From Anaerolineae bacterium (GTDB taxonomy: Bacteria; Chloroflexota; Anaerolineae; Anaerolineales; Villigracilaceae), in the NCBI GenBank assembly GCA_041498515.1, contig JBGQIO010000001.1, forward strand, positions 1 to 54,482: a stretch of DNA of 54,482 bases, in the 5' to 3' direction. Position 1 is the stretch's first letter. Every line of letters starts with the position of its first letter. A program made the translations under genes and the position numbers. Under the pieces are notes generated by a model. That model was not told the DNA's origin. It was given only the letters and a program-made list of their open reading frames with translations, and made no database searches. This document shows positions 10,421-18,812 of the stretch, piece by piece.

Positions 10421-11697
10421 ATCCCATCGTCATTTCGAAACAGACTGCCAGACGGTTCGTGCTCGGGCGTCAGGGTTTGTGGCCAGGCCGACGCTGGAAA
10501 GGAAAGCAGGGAACAGCACAAGCTCTCCGTACCTGCGAAGCAATTCAACTTGACCCTTTGACCGTGATTGCACGCAGTCAGGATATTGCGCTCCACAGTC
10601 GCGTCTTGGATTACAAACCCGAATATCTTTATCAAGTAATGTATGAGGATCGTGAATTTTTTGATTACGGCGGTCACTTGAATGTATATCCCATGTCCGA
10701 GCTCCCTTATTGGCGGAACCATATGGAGAGGCGAAGTCACGATAAGCGCGTAGAAGATTATGTGTTTACACATGCGGGTCTATTCGACCAGGTTCGTGCG
10801 GAATTGGCACAGCGCGGCACATTAGGGAACCGCGATTTTCAAGGGAATTCCGTCGGTGCGTGGAACTATCGCGGGCGGAAGGATACATCGTTGGCGATGT
10901 ACGATATGTGGTTATCAGGCGAGCTGATGATCCATCATCGCGTGGGTTTTCAACGCTATTATGATTTTCGTGAAAATATTGCCCCAAAAGAATTTGATTC
11001 TATAGCCTCTGAGAAAGAGACCGAAGATTTCTTTGCGCGCAAATGTATAGCCATCAAGGGGTTGATGAACGAAGGAAGATGGAAAACCGATCTTGGGTAC
11101 TACCTGCACCGCACGATCGGGCTTGAAGAAATGAGGGAACGACTAGGATGCTCGATCGAGCAGGGGCTGGTTGCGCGGCTCAGGGTTGAGGGAAGCGATG
11201 ATAAATTCCTGATATTGTGCGAAGATCTTCCCAAGATTGAATCCCTCCAGGCTGGCAGGATCCCCAAAGTTTGGAAACCGATCCGACCGACCAAACAGGA
11301 TGAAGTCAGTTTTCTGGCGCCCCTGGATATTGTCAGTGCACGGGGACGGGCGAACAAGCTGTTTGATTTCGAATATCTGTGGGAGGTTTATAAGCCCATC
11401 CATCTACGCCGTTGGGGATACTACACCCTTCCGATTTTATACGGTGATGAGCTTGTAGCGCGGCTTGACCCAAAACTAGATCCTTCAACTATGACCCTGC
11501 AGATCAATGGCTTTTGGCATGAAGACGATGCGCCTGTTAAAGACCCCGGCTTTGTGAGAGCGCTGGCTCTTGGATTGATACGTTTGGCAAAGTTTGTGGA
11601 AGCTGGGAAAATAGATTTGGCAACAATCCAGCCTCCACGAATGCGAACGGAAATTAAGAACCTCATCAAGGGCGCTTCGGAGATAATTGTAAAATAA
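10417..11697 (+). CDS. Winged-helix DNA glycosylase-like protein, YcaQ/AlkZ family (DUF1006)
   Basis: ARRFVLGRQGL...AQALRTCEAIQLDPL...IARSQDIALHSRV is typical of the N-terminus of this family. ATGA overlap with the cupin gene. Confidence 0.7.
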   Translation: MNPIVISKQTARRFVLGRQGLWPGRRWKGKQGTAQALRTCEAIQLDPLTVIARSQDIALHSRVLDYKPEYLYQVMYEDREFFDYGGHLNVYPMSELPYWRNHMERRSHDKRVEDYVFTHAGLFDQVRAELAQRGTLGNRDFQGNSVGAWNYRGRKDTSLAMYDMWLSGELMIHHRVGFQRYYDFRENIAPKEFDSIASEKETEDFFARKCIAIKGLMNEGRWKTDLGYYLHRTIGLEEMRERLGCSIEQGLVARLRVEGSDDKFLILCEDLPKIESLQAGRIPKVWKPIRPTKQDEVSFLAPLDIVSARGRANKLFDFEYLWEVYKPIHLRRWGYYTLPILYGDELVARLDPKLDPSTMTLQINGFWHEDDAPVKDPGFVRALALGLIRLAKFVEAGKIDLATIQPPRMRTEIKNLIKGASEIIVK

Positions 11698-11771
11698 TCG
11701 TGTGGACTTTATGAGAGGCCAGGCCTAACTTTTCGGTGGGTTATAGGTAAAAGTGAAAGTGAAAGGGGTAA

Positions 11772-11811
11772 ATAAACCGGCGGTTGGTTGAGGTTCCAAC
11801 CGCCGGTTTAT
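11772..11811. terminator. Bidirectional intrinsic terminator between convergent genes
   Basis: ATAAACCGGCGGTTGG / CCAACCGCCGGTTTAT is a 16-bp stem flanked by an A-run and a T-run. It sits between the ycaQ-like gene (plus) and glnA (minus). Confidence 0.7.
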
Positions 11812-11824
11812 CCTTCTTTAATAG

Positions 11825-13162
11825 TTATGCTGCTTCTAGATAACGTTCGATCTCATAATCACTCACGCGCAGGCGGAAATCATCCCACTCTTCCCACTTA
11901 GCGCGGGTGAAGGCTTCGTAGGTGGTCTCACCCAGGGCGGATTTCACGACATCATCTTTCTCCAATTCATTCAGCGCTTCAGCGAGAGAACCCGGCAGTT
12001 CATGAATACCCATCTTGATCCGTTCCTCTTTATCGAGATGATACAAATTGACGTTGTTGAGAGGTGCAGGCGGCGTCAGGCCTTTCTCAATGCCATCCAG
12101 CCCGGCGGCCAGTATGGCGGCGAAGGCCAAATATGGATTTGACGATGGATCCGGGAAGCGGAGTTCGGCGCGCACGGCTTTATCGCGGCCTTCGGTGTAG
12201 CGCGGAATGCGGATCAATGCGGAGCGATTCTGCTGCGCCCAGCCGATATAGACGGGGGCTTCGTAACCGGGAACGAGACGCTTGTAAGAGTTGACCGTGG
12301 GGGCCACGACTGCGGCCAAAGCACGGGCGTGCACCAACTGTCCGGCAATAAACGAGTAAGCAAGCTTCGATAGATGTACTTCATCTTTCGGATCGAAGAA
12401 CAGGTTGGAACCTTTCTTATCGAACAATGACTGATGGCAATGCATGCCGGAGCCGTTGATGCCAAAAACCGGCTTAGGCATAAATGAAGCGGTCAATCCG
12501 TGTTGGGCGGCGATGGCTTTGACCGTGTATTTCAAAGTTAAAACATTATCTGCCGTCTTCAGCGCATCTGCAAAGCGGAAGTCAATCTCATGCTGTCCGA
12601 GAGCCACCTCATGATGGCCAACTTCCACCTCGAGTCCCATCATATCGAGTGAATCCATCAATGCCGTACGCACGTGCGCGGCTTCGTCATCGGCGGAGAA
12701 ATCGAAATAACTGCCGGTATCGTGAGGCACCGGATGGACACCTTCTCCGTTCATGCCTTTAAATAAGAAGAATTCAGGTTCCGGGCCGACGTTATAAACC
12801 CAGCCGCGGTCGTCCAATTTGGAAAGAATTCGCTTTAACGTGCCGCGTGGATCACCTTCAAAGGGATCGCCCTTTGGAGTTAAGATGTCGCAGAAGATGC
12901 GAGCACGCCGTAAATCGGACGACGTCCAGGGTAGGACGGCGTAAGTCTCCGAGTCGAGGATCAACAGCATGTCGCTTTCCTGAATACGGGCGAAGCCCTC
13001 TACCGAGGAGCCGTCAAACCAAACGCCATCCTTGAGCGCGCTCTCCAAACCATTGATGGGCATATCCACGCTCTTTACTGCTCCGGTGACGTCGGAAAAT
13101 TGCAACGAAACGAACTTGACGTTATCATCCTTTACCCGCTTGAGCAATTCGATTGAATTCAT
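11825..13162 (-). CDS. glnA: Glutamine synthetase, type I
   Basis: VKFVSLQFSDVTGAVKS..., FDGSS, NGSGMHCHQS, and the ATP site KPVFGINGSGMH. I chose the start at MNSIELL (13162), which has GAGG 8 nt upstream. The 54-codon upstream extension of the ORF looks non-coding. Confidence 0.9.
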   Translation of the reverse strand: MNSIELLKRVKDDNVKFVSLQFSDVTGAVKSVDMPINGLESALKDGVWFDGSSVEGFARIQESDMLLILDSETYAVLPWTSSDLRRARIFCDILTPKGDPFEGDPRGTLKRILSKLDDRGWVYNVGPEPEFFLFKGMNGEGVHPVPHDTGSYFDFSADDEAAHVRTALMDSLDMMGLEVEVGHHEVALGQHEIDFRFADALKTADNVLTLKYTVKAIAAQHGLTASFMPKPVFGINGSGMHCHQSLFDKKGSNLFFDPKDEVHLSKLAYSFIAGQLVHARALAAVVAPTVNSYKRLVPGYEAPVYIGWAQQNRSALIRIPRYTEGRDKAVRAELRFPDPSSNPYLAFAAILAAGLDGIEKGLTPPAPLNNVNLYHLDKEERIKMGIHELPGSLAEALNELEKDDVVKSALGETTYEAFTRAKWEEWDDFRLRVSDYEIERYLEAA

Positions 13163-13346
13163 ATTTACCTCTTTTCGTTTTTCAGTATCGATGAAAACAA
13201 TTTCAGTAGTGTATATTTTCATCTTGCAAAAGATCTCGGCAGGACACTTGGAGAGGCCTTTTGCTATTACCAAATCCTTCCTTGATCCAGAACAATGTTT
13301 CTTTTTCTGCCAAACTCGGTTCAATTATATTTCATCAATGCCTCTC

Positions 13347-14276
13347 TTACTCCGCTATGGGTGTTGCGGCTTCTTCCACTTGAATGATCTTTGCCTGCTT
13401 CGATAAGTTAATCACACCCACCGAACCAATTATGACCAGCGCAGCGATGATGATGCGACCGTTTATTAACTCATTTCCGATCCAAGCGCCTACAAAGATA
13501 GCCACGACAGGATTGACGTAGGCGTAGGTAGAGACAAGTGAGAGCGGAGCATTCCTCAGCAACCAGACGTAGGAAACGAACCCAACCAAGGAGCCAAAAG
13601 TGACGAGGTAGGCCAACCCAAGCAGAGAATTGCTTGTAATTGACGCGAGATCCAGCGACCGCCATTCGCCCGTTAAAGTCCCCACCAGGAAAAGACCCGC
13701 CGCGCCGCCGAGCATCTCCATGCCAGTGCTTAACAATGACGATTCGGGCATATCCGCATCACTGCCATAGACTGAGCCGATGGACCAGAGTAGGGAAGCC
13801 AGGATCAGCGCGCCAATGCCAAGCGGATTCATTCCCTCGGAAGCGCCGTCGCTCTTTGTCGAAGTGACCAGCAAGGCAATGCCGCCAAAACCTACCAGCA
13901 ATCCAAGAACGATTTTCCAATCAGGTTTTATTCCCTTGGGACGAAGGGTGTCTATCAATACCATCCACAGAGGCACCGAGGCGATCATCAACGCAGCAAT
14001 GCTTGAAGCCACATGCTGCTCTGCCCAACTGACCAGTCCGTTGCCCCCCAATAGGAGAAGCAGACCTACGATGAGCGCCGAGCGCCACTGCCGCGGTGTT
14101 GGGCTAGGGTCACCGACCAACCGACGCCAGACATACAAGATCAAACCTGCGACCAGAAAGCGCGTCCCTGCCATCAGGAATGGAGGAATCGTCCCCACAG
14201 CGAACCGGATCGCCAGATAGGTCGAACCCCAGACGATATAAATTGCTAAAAGTGCAGCCCAAACTTTGACCTTCAT
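13347..14276 (-). CDS. EamA/DMT superfamily transporter
   Basis: 309 aa, about 10 TM segments, and a duplicated EamA pattern. Confidence 0.85.
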   Translation of the reverse strand: MKVKVWAALLAIYIVWGSTYLAIRFAVGTIPPFLMAGTRFLVAGLILYVWRRLVGDPSPTPRQWRSALIVGLLLLLGGNGLVSWAEQHVASSIAALMIASVPLWMVLIDTLRPKGIKPDWKIVLGLLVGFGGIALLVTSTKSDGASEGMNPLGIGALILASLLWSIGSVYGSDADMPESSLLSTGMEMLGGAAGLFLVGTLTGEWRSLDLASITSNSLLGLAYLVTFGSLVGFVSYVWLLRNAPLSLVSTYAYVNPVVAIFVGAWIGNELINGRIIIAALVIIGSVGVINLSKQAKIIQVEEAATPIAE

Positions 14277-14305
14277 TCATCTCCTTCTGCTTGACAGTTG
14301 ATCGC

Positions 14306-15184
14306 CTACAGTCCAGTATTAAATGCGGCAAGCTCGCTAACCAGCAGCGCTTTCTTGCGGGCTGTCCCATATCTATAATTTCCAAACTCACCCATCTTGC
14401 GGATGACGCGGTGGCAGGGGATGAGCACGACAATCGGGTTGTGGGCTACCGCGGTCCCAACCGCCCGGGTCGCGCCTGGTTGTCCTATTTCCTTTGCGAT
14501 GTGCTCGTAGGTGGTCACACTTCCAGTTGAGATGTGCATTAGTGCTTCCCAGACTTTGATCTGGAAGTTCGTGCCGCGCAAGTACAAATGCAAAGCGTGT
14601 TCCCCGCGCCGGTGCATGTCAAAGATAGGCTCGATGAGCGGAGCTGTGGCACTGTAATCTTCGATCATCTTCGCCTGCCTCCAGTTTTCGACCAGCTCGT
14701 CCAAGGCGTCGGCTTCACTTGTTTGAATAAAACCGAGCTGACAGATACCTCGTTCCGTAACTCCGATCAGACACTTTCCAAAGGGCGTTGCATGCAAGCC
14801 ATAGCGAATTGTAAGCCCTACGCCTCGGCTCTTATATTCGCCGGGTGTAACGGCCTCTGTGGTGACGAACAAGTCATGTAAACGGCCCAAACTCGAAAGT
14901 CCGACTTGGACCGTAGTGTCCAATAGATTCTCGGATCGGTCAAGTAGCTGCTTCGCGTTTTCCCTGGTCAGGAATTGCAGAAACCGCTTGGGGCTAATAC
15001 CCGCCCAGCGTGTGAACAGGCGCTGGAAGTGGAACTCGCTTAACCCGACTGCACCCGCAACCTCACTCAACTCAGGCTGGTTGTGTGCGTTCTTTTCAAG
15101 ATACAAGATGGCCTGCTCGATGCGCAGGTAATCCTCATTCAACTGGCGATAATCTGTGACAGTGATATTCATGTGAGCCTCCAA
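14306..15184 (-). CDS. AraC-type HTH fused to methylated-DNA--protein-cysteine methyltransferase (Ada/Ogt-like)
   Basis: N-terminal AraC HTH (LSEVAGAVGLSEFHFQRLFTRWAGISPKRF). C-terminal MGMT active site IPCHRVI with a helix-turn-wing. Confidence 0.85.
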   Translation of the reverse strand: MEAHMNITVTDYRQLNEDYLRIEQAILYLEKNAHNQPELSEVAGAVGLSEFHFQRLFTRWAGISPKRFLQFLTRENAKQLLDRSENLLDTTVQVGLSSLGRLHDLFVTTEAVTPGEYKSRGVGLTIRYGLHATPFGKCLIGVTERGICQLGFIQTSEADALDELVENWRQAKMIEDYSATAPLIEPIFDMHRRGEHALHLYLRGTNFQIKVWEALMHISTGSVTTYEHIAKEIGQPGATRAVGTAVAHNPIVVLIPCHRVIRKMGEFGNYRYGTARKKALLVSELAAFNTGL

Positions 15185-15309
15185 TGATTTAATTACTCAC
15201 ATTTTATAGATATTTGTCGCAAAGGGCTACCCGATTCTTGCTCAATTGGCATAGAATGTGTCACCGTTTTTGTGAAACTCCGAAAGAATGAGAAAGGGGT
15301 GAAAATAAA

Positions 15310-15336
15310 CCAAAAAGGCACGCCTGGGCGTGCCTT
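15310..15336 (-). terminator. Intrinsic terminator closing the glmS-like RNA transcription unit
   Basis: The minus strand reads AAGGCACGCCCAGGCGTGCCTT followed by TTTGG, so the U-run lies only on the minus strand. Confidence 0.7.
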
Positions 15337-15364
15337 CTCAATAGCAATATGCTAATTAATAGAG

Positions 15365-15650
15365 CAGCCCTTCCATTTCTAACAGGCCTGGATCAAAAAT
15401 ATTTTGACCCGTTCACCGCGCCCGCCTTGTCTCACATGTTGCCATGTGGTTTTCGGCGGCGAGCAACAGAGTTTTTTAAACTGCTGCTCCTTGCGCTTTC
15501 TTTGGAAGGGAGAAGAGAGTCTGTGACAGACTCCAGAGGCATCCGCTGATCTATCCGATTTTTTCCCGTCAACCGGGATTAGCGCGTCCTTCGCGGGACG
15601 GAACCTCCACCTCGTGATCTCATTTTGCAATGAGACCCAGCCGCTATTTC
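15365..15650 (-). ncRNA. glmS-ribozyme-like structured RNA (candidate)
   Basis: The minus strand carries these blocks in order. A|GCGGC at 15645|15644. A 9-bp hairpin capped by GCAA (15616-15637). ACGAGGTGGAGGTT (15602-15615). GCGGATGCCTC (15536-15546). Hairpin GAGTCTG-TCA-CAGACTC (15517-15533). Hairpin CACATG-GCAA-CATGTG (15433-15448) followed by GAGACAAGG (15425-15433). These match my memory of the glmS core blocks AGCGCC, GACGAGGnnGGAGGUU, GCGGAUGCCUCC and GACAAAG. The three GNRA loops exist only on this strand. No CM search was run. Confidence 0.55.
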
Positions 15651-15678
15651 TCCGTTATTCAATTGTAACTTGCGGGTG

Positions 15679-15707
15679 ATTGTACACGCGCAATATAGAC
15701 TCGTCAA
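15679..15707 (-). promoter_or_regulatory. Sigma70-like promoter for the glmS-like RNA
   Basis: The minus strand has TTGACG (15707-15702), a 17-nt spacer, then TACAAT (15684-15679), about 35 nt upstream of the putative cleavage site. Confidence 0.5.
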
Positions 15708-15785
15708 GGCAGGCAGGAATAATAGGTGAGTTGCCAACACTCAGCCTCGTAGATATGATAAGTCATATTCGCCTCGGAGGTATGT

Positions 15786-17234
15786 ATGAAACCTGCACAT
15801 TCGATTCAAGATTATCTAGGTGTCATTCGCAACGGGATCCCTGCACCAGCTATGGATGGTCAAAGGAATGCAGGTCGACGGAAGAAGGTAGTGATCGTCG
15901 GAGCGGGTGTCGCCGGACTTGTTGCCGGCTATGAATTAAAACGCGCCGGTCACAACCCGGTTATCCTCGAAGGCCAGCAGCGCGTGGGAGGCCGCGTTTA
16001 TACGCTTCGCCAGCCCTTTACAGAGGGACTGTATGCAGACGTCGGTGCGATGCGTATCCCGCGTGCTCACCTACTTACGCTGGAATATATCGCGAAGTTT
16101 GGTCTCAAGACCAATGACTTCACAATGGACAATCCCAACGCATATTATTATATAGGCGGACAAAAGATCCGGATTGCAGAGGGGAATGCCAACCCTTCTT
16201 TGCTTGGTTTCGATGTGTCAGACGAGGAGAGAGGCCACACGGCGGGAATGTTGTGGATGAAGACCATCCGTCCGCTGCTCGATATATTGGAGAAAGGCGG
16301 AGAGGCTGCCTGGGATGAAATAGTCTCCAGGTATGACCAGTACTCCACCCGCGAATTTCTTGAAGCAAATGGGTGGTCTGAGGGTGCGATCGAGATGTAC
16401 GGCTTGGTCGCCAACCAGGAAGCGGTAATGAACTCATCCTTCCTTGAAGTATTCAGGGAAGACTCGGGAAACTACTACACCAACATGGTCGAGATCCAGG
16501 GCGGCACCGATCGTTTACCGCACGCTTTTCTGCCTGAACTCAAGGATCATATCCGTTTCGGCGCCAAAATGATCGCTATCGATCAATCGCCGGATGAAGT
16601 AACCATCCATTATCAAACTGCGGCAGGACGATTTAAGGAGACAGGTGATTATGCAATTATCACCATACCATTCCCGGTCCTGCGTCATGTTGAAGTGCTC
16701 AAGCCTTTCACGCGCGCCAAACAACGCGCCATCCGTCAACTGCATTATGACGCCTCCGCCAAGATTCTCTTCCAATGTAAACGTCGTTTCTGGGAGGAAG
16801 ATGAGGGCATCTTTGGCGGTGGGACAATGACGGATTTACCCATTCGCAATCTTTACTATCCCGATCATGGACGGGAAACCGGGCGGGGTGTGATCCTGGC
16901 CAGCTACACCTGGTCGGAGGATGCGCAGCGCTGGGGTTCGCTCTTTCATCATGACCGTATCGAGCAGGCGCTGGAAGATGTAGCACAGATCCATCCTCAG
17001 ATCAATCAGGAATTCGAAGTCGGCGCGTCGTGGATGTGGCACGATGACGAGTATGCGGGCGGCGCCTTCGCGTTATTCGACCCCGAACAGCAAACATTAT
17101 TGTACGAACCGATCATTGCCCCGGAAGGACGCATCCATTTTGGAGGCGAGCATACCTCGCTGCACCATGCCTGGATCCAGGGCGCCATTGAATCCGGATT
17201 GCGAGAAGCAATTGCCATCCATCAGGCCCCGTAA
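15786..17234 (+). CDS. FAD-dependent amine oxidase, L-amino-acid-oxidase-like
   Basis: Dinucleotide fold VVIVGAGVAGLVAGYELKRAGH...LEG..RVGGRV; an N-terminal DYLGVIRNGIP resembling the LAAO N-terminal helix; C-terminal FGGEHTS...WIQGAIESG. Confidence 0.8.
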   Translation: MKPAHSIQDYLGVIRNGIPAPAMDGQRNAGRRKKVVIVGAGVAGLVAGYELKRAGHNPVILEGQQRVGGRVYTLRQPFTEGLYADVGAMRIPRAHLLTLEYIAKFGLKTNDFTMDNPNAYYYIGGQKIRIAEGNANPSLLGFDVSDEERGHTAGMLWMKTIRPLLDILEKGGEAAWDEIVSRYDQYSTREFLEANGWSEGAIEMYGLVANQEAVMNSSFLEVFREDSGNYYTNMVEIQGGTDRLPHAFLPELKDHIRFGAKMIAIDQSPDEVTIHYQTAAGRFKETGDYAIITIPFPVLRHVEVLKPFTRAKQRAIRQLHYDASAKILFQCKRRFWEEDEGIFGGGTMTDLPIRNLYYPDHGRETGRGVILASYTWSEDAQRWGSLFHHDRIEQALEDVAQIHPQINQEFEVGASWMWHDDEYAGGAFALFDPEQQTLLYEPIIAPEGRIHFGGEHTSLHHAWIQGAIESGLREAIAIHQAP

Positions 17235-17265
17235 ATTGTTACTCCTGCAGTTCCATTACCTGGCA

Positions 17266-17309
17266 AAATAAAATGTGACAGGCCACCAGGAGCCGTCACA
17301 TTTTATTAT
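17266..17309. terminator. Intrinsic terminator, U-runs on both strands
   Basis: AAAATGTGAC / GTCACATTTT stem flanked by AAAATAAAA and TTTTATTAT, immediately after the oxidase stop. Confidence 0.7.
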
Positions 17310-17705
17310 CGATAAAGGATATGGATAATACAGACCCCGCCTGTGCCGTGTAATGCTAGGTTTTGAACCTGCTTTCGCAGGTGGGCTCCGACCCGGAAAC
17401 TCCGCCTTGGCTCTAGCCTATCGCGTCGTTCCTGAAAGATGGAAGCCCTTGTTATAAGTGTTGGCTCAAAACGGGAGTGCAATATCGCGAACACCGCAGG
17501 GTGAAAAACTTATACCATGAATCATATTGAAGAGGGGAGGGAAAGATTAAACTACGCCTTTCTTAAAGCTTATAAAAACGTAAGGTTTTCGAAAAGGAAA
17601 AATTCAGACTTTAAGAGGTCAAACAATTTCCCATTGCTTTTGTCCACATTTTGTGCTAACCTTTTAGGGTTGCCATTTTGAATCCAGCGAAAATAGGAGG
17701 AACCT

Positions 17706-18692
17706 ATGACCACTGTGCCTGGGATCGACGTTTCCTATTGGGATTCGGGGATTGATTGGCCCAAGGTCCGTGCCACGGGGCAACGCTTCGTCTTTGTCAA
17801 AGCAAGCGAAGGAGAGACCTATGCAGACCCGACCTTCGAGACCAACTGGGTCGGCGCCAAAACCAGTGGGTTATTGAGAGGGGCTTATTGTTTCTTTCAT
17901 CCAAACCAAGACGGGAAGAAGCAGGCGGATCGCTTTATTAGTGTTGTAAAAGCCCTCAACGATAATGGTGAGTTACCTACGGTCCTCGACCTGGAAGTGC
18001 CGGATGCAACTCCCAAGGATAAGATCATTGCCAAGGCCAAGATCTGGCTCGATGAAGTTGAGCAGGCCTTTGGCCGCAAGCCAATCATTTATTCAGGCGT
18101 CTCATTCCTTGAGACCAATTTCTCTGAGTTGGGCGGCGGTCCGCCTGTCTGGGTTAAAGATTATCCGTTTTGGGTGGCGTGGTACCCCAATCAATATACT
18201 CCGGGGATGAGTCCGTTGATGCCGCAAGGCTGGTTCAATTGGACCTTTTGGCAATATTATGACAAAGGATACCTCAACGGCATTAATACGAAAGTTAACC
18301 TTGACCTTTTCAATGGGGCACTGGATGATCTTTATAAATTTGCAGGTGTACAGGTGACTGACCAGACACCTAGTTCACACACCGTTGCCGCAGGTGATTC
18401 ATTCGAGACGATCGCGAATAAATATGGCGTTACGGTCCGTGAGCTGGTAGGAGCCAATCCGCAGCTTATAAAGATCAGCGACAAATTGACGGTACCGACC
18501 CCTGTCGCCATCCCACAGGAAGGTGCTCCAGGGGCTGCACCAGCTCCAAAGCAGACGTATACCGTCCAGCGCGGCGACACACTTTATTCAATTGCCATCA
18601 AATTTGGTACGACCGTTCCACAATTGGTATCCGCAAATAACATCGCTAATCCTAATTTGATCCAAGTCGGTCAAGTGCTGGTGCTCCCTTAA
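17706..18692 (+). CDS. GH25 muramidase (lysozyme) with two C-terminal LysM domains
   Basis: [13 protein letters not shown]...FVFVKASEG...DPTF is a GH25 N-terminal block. The two LysM repeats are [18 protein letters not shown]... and [18 protein letters not shown].... No signal peptide is visible. Confidence 0.9.
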   Translation: MTTVPGIDVSYWDSGIDWPKVRATGQRFVFVKASEGETYADPTFETNWVGAKTSGLLRGAYCFFHPNQDGKKQADRFISVVKALNDNGELPTVLDLEVPDATPKDKIIAKAKIWLDEVEQAFGRKPIIYSGVSFLETNFSELGGGPPVWVKDYPFWVAWYPNQYTPGMSPLMPQGWFNWTFWQYYDKGYLNGINTKVNLDLFNGALDDLYKFAGVQVTDQTPSSHTVAAGDSFETIANKYGVTVRELVGANPQLIKISDKLTVPTPVAIPQEGAPGAAPAPKQTYTVQRGDTLYSIAIKFGTTVPQLVSANNIANPNLIQVGQVLVLP

Positions 18693-18696
18693 TGTA

Positions 18697-18730
18697 AACC
18701 CCGGAGGTTTTCAAAACCTCCGGGGTTTTT
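18697..18730 (+). terminator. Intrinsic terminator
   Basis: AACCCCGGAGGTTTT / AAAACCTCCGGGGTT stem followed by TTT. Confidence 0.8.
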
Positions 18731-18812
18731 GGCCAAATCGTCCCGCATATTTTTAATTAACAGGTCGGCCCGTATTAAACCTGCGGGATGATGAGTAACA
18801 TTCGAGTTCCAC

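Noticed and set aside
13163-13346. I considered a glutamine riboswitch or a TnrA/GlnR or NtcA operator upstream of glnA, and the 54-codon N-terminal extension of the glnA ORF.
   Set aside because: I could not find the glnA-RNA consensus, a TGTNA-N7-TNACA site or a GTA-N8-TAC site. The extension (MNRVWQKKKHCSGSRK...) has non-protein-like composition, and a GAGG RBS precedes the internal Met at 13162.
15310-15650. I considered whether this structured RNA is RNase P RNA, tmRNA, SRP RNA, or a cobalamin, TPP or yybP-ykoY riboswitch.
   Set aside because: It lacks the universal GAGGAAAGUCC / ACAGAAnCCGGCUUA blocks of RNase P. It has no tRNA-like 3' end with CCA context or tag ORF for tmRNA. It has no GGAAGCAGC helix-8 motif for SRP. 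It has no B12 box or GCCACUG, and no CUGAGA/ACCUGAUCUGGAUAAUGCCAGCG. The block order fits glmS much better.
17330-17510. I considered a c-di-AMP (ydaO) riboswitch on the plus strand, or a ykkC/guanidine-I-like element on the minus strand.
   Set aside because: Only short fragments match (TGAACC and CGACCCG for ydaO; CTAG, TTCCGG, GGTCGGAG and ACACGGC for ykkC). They are in the wrong spacing or order, and the segment is too short for a full ydaO fold. A minus-strand riboswitch would have no downstream gene. It is kept only as an unclassified structured region.
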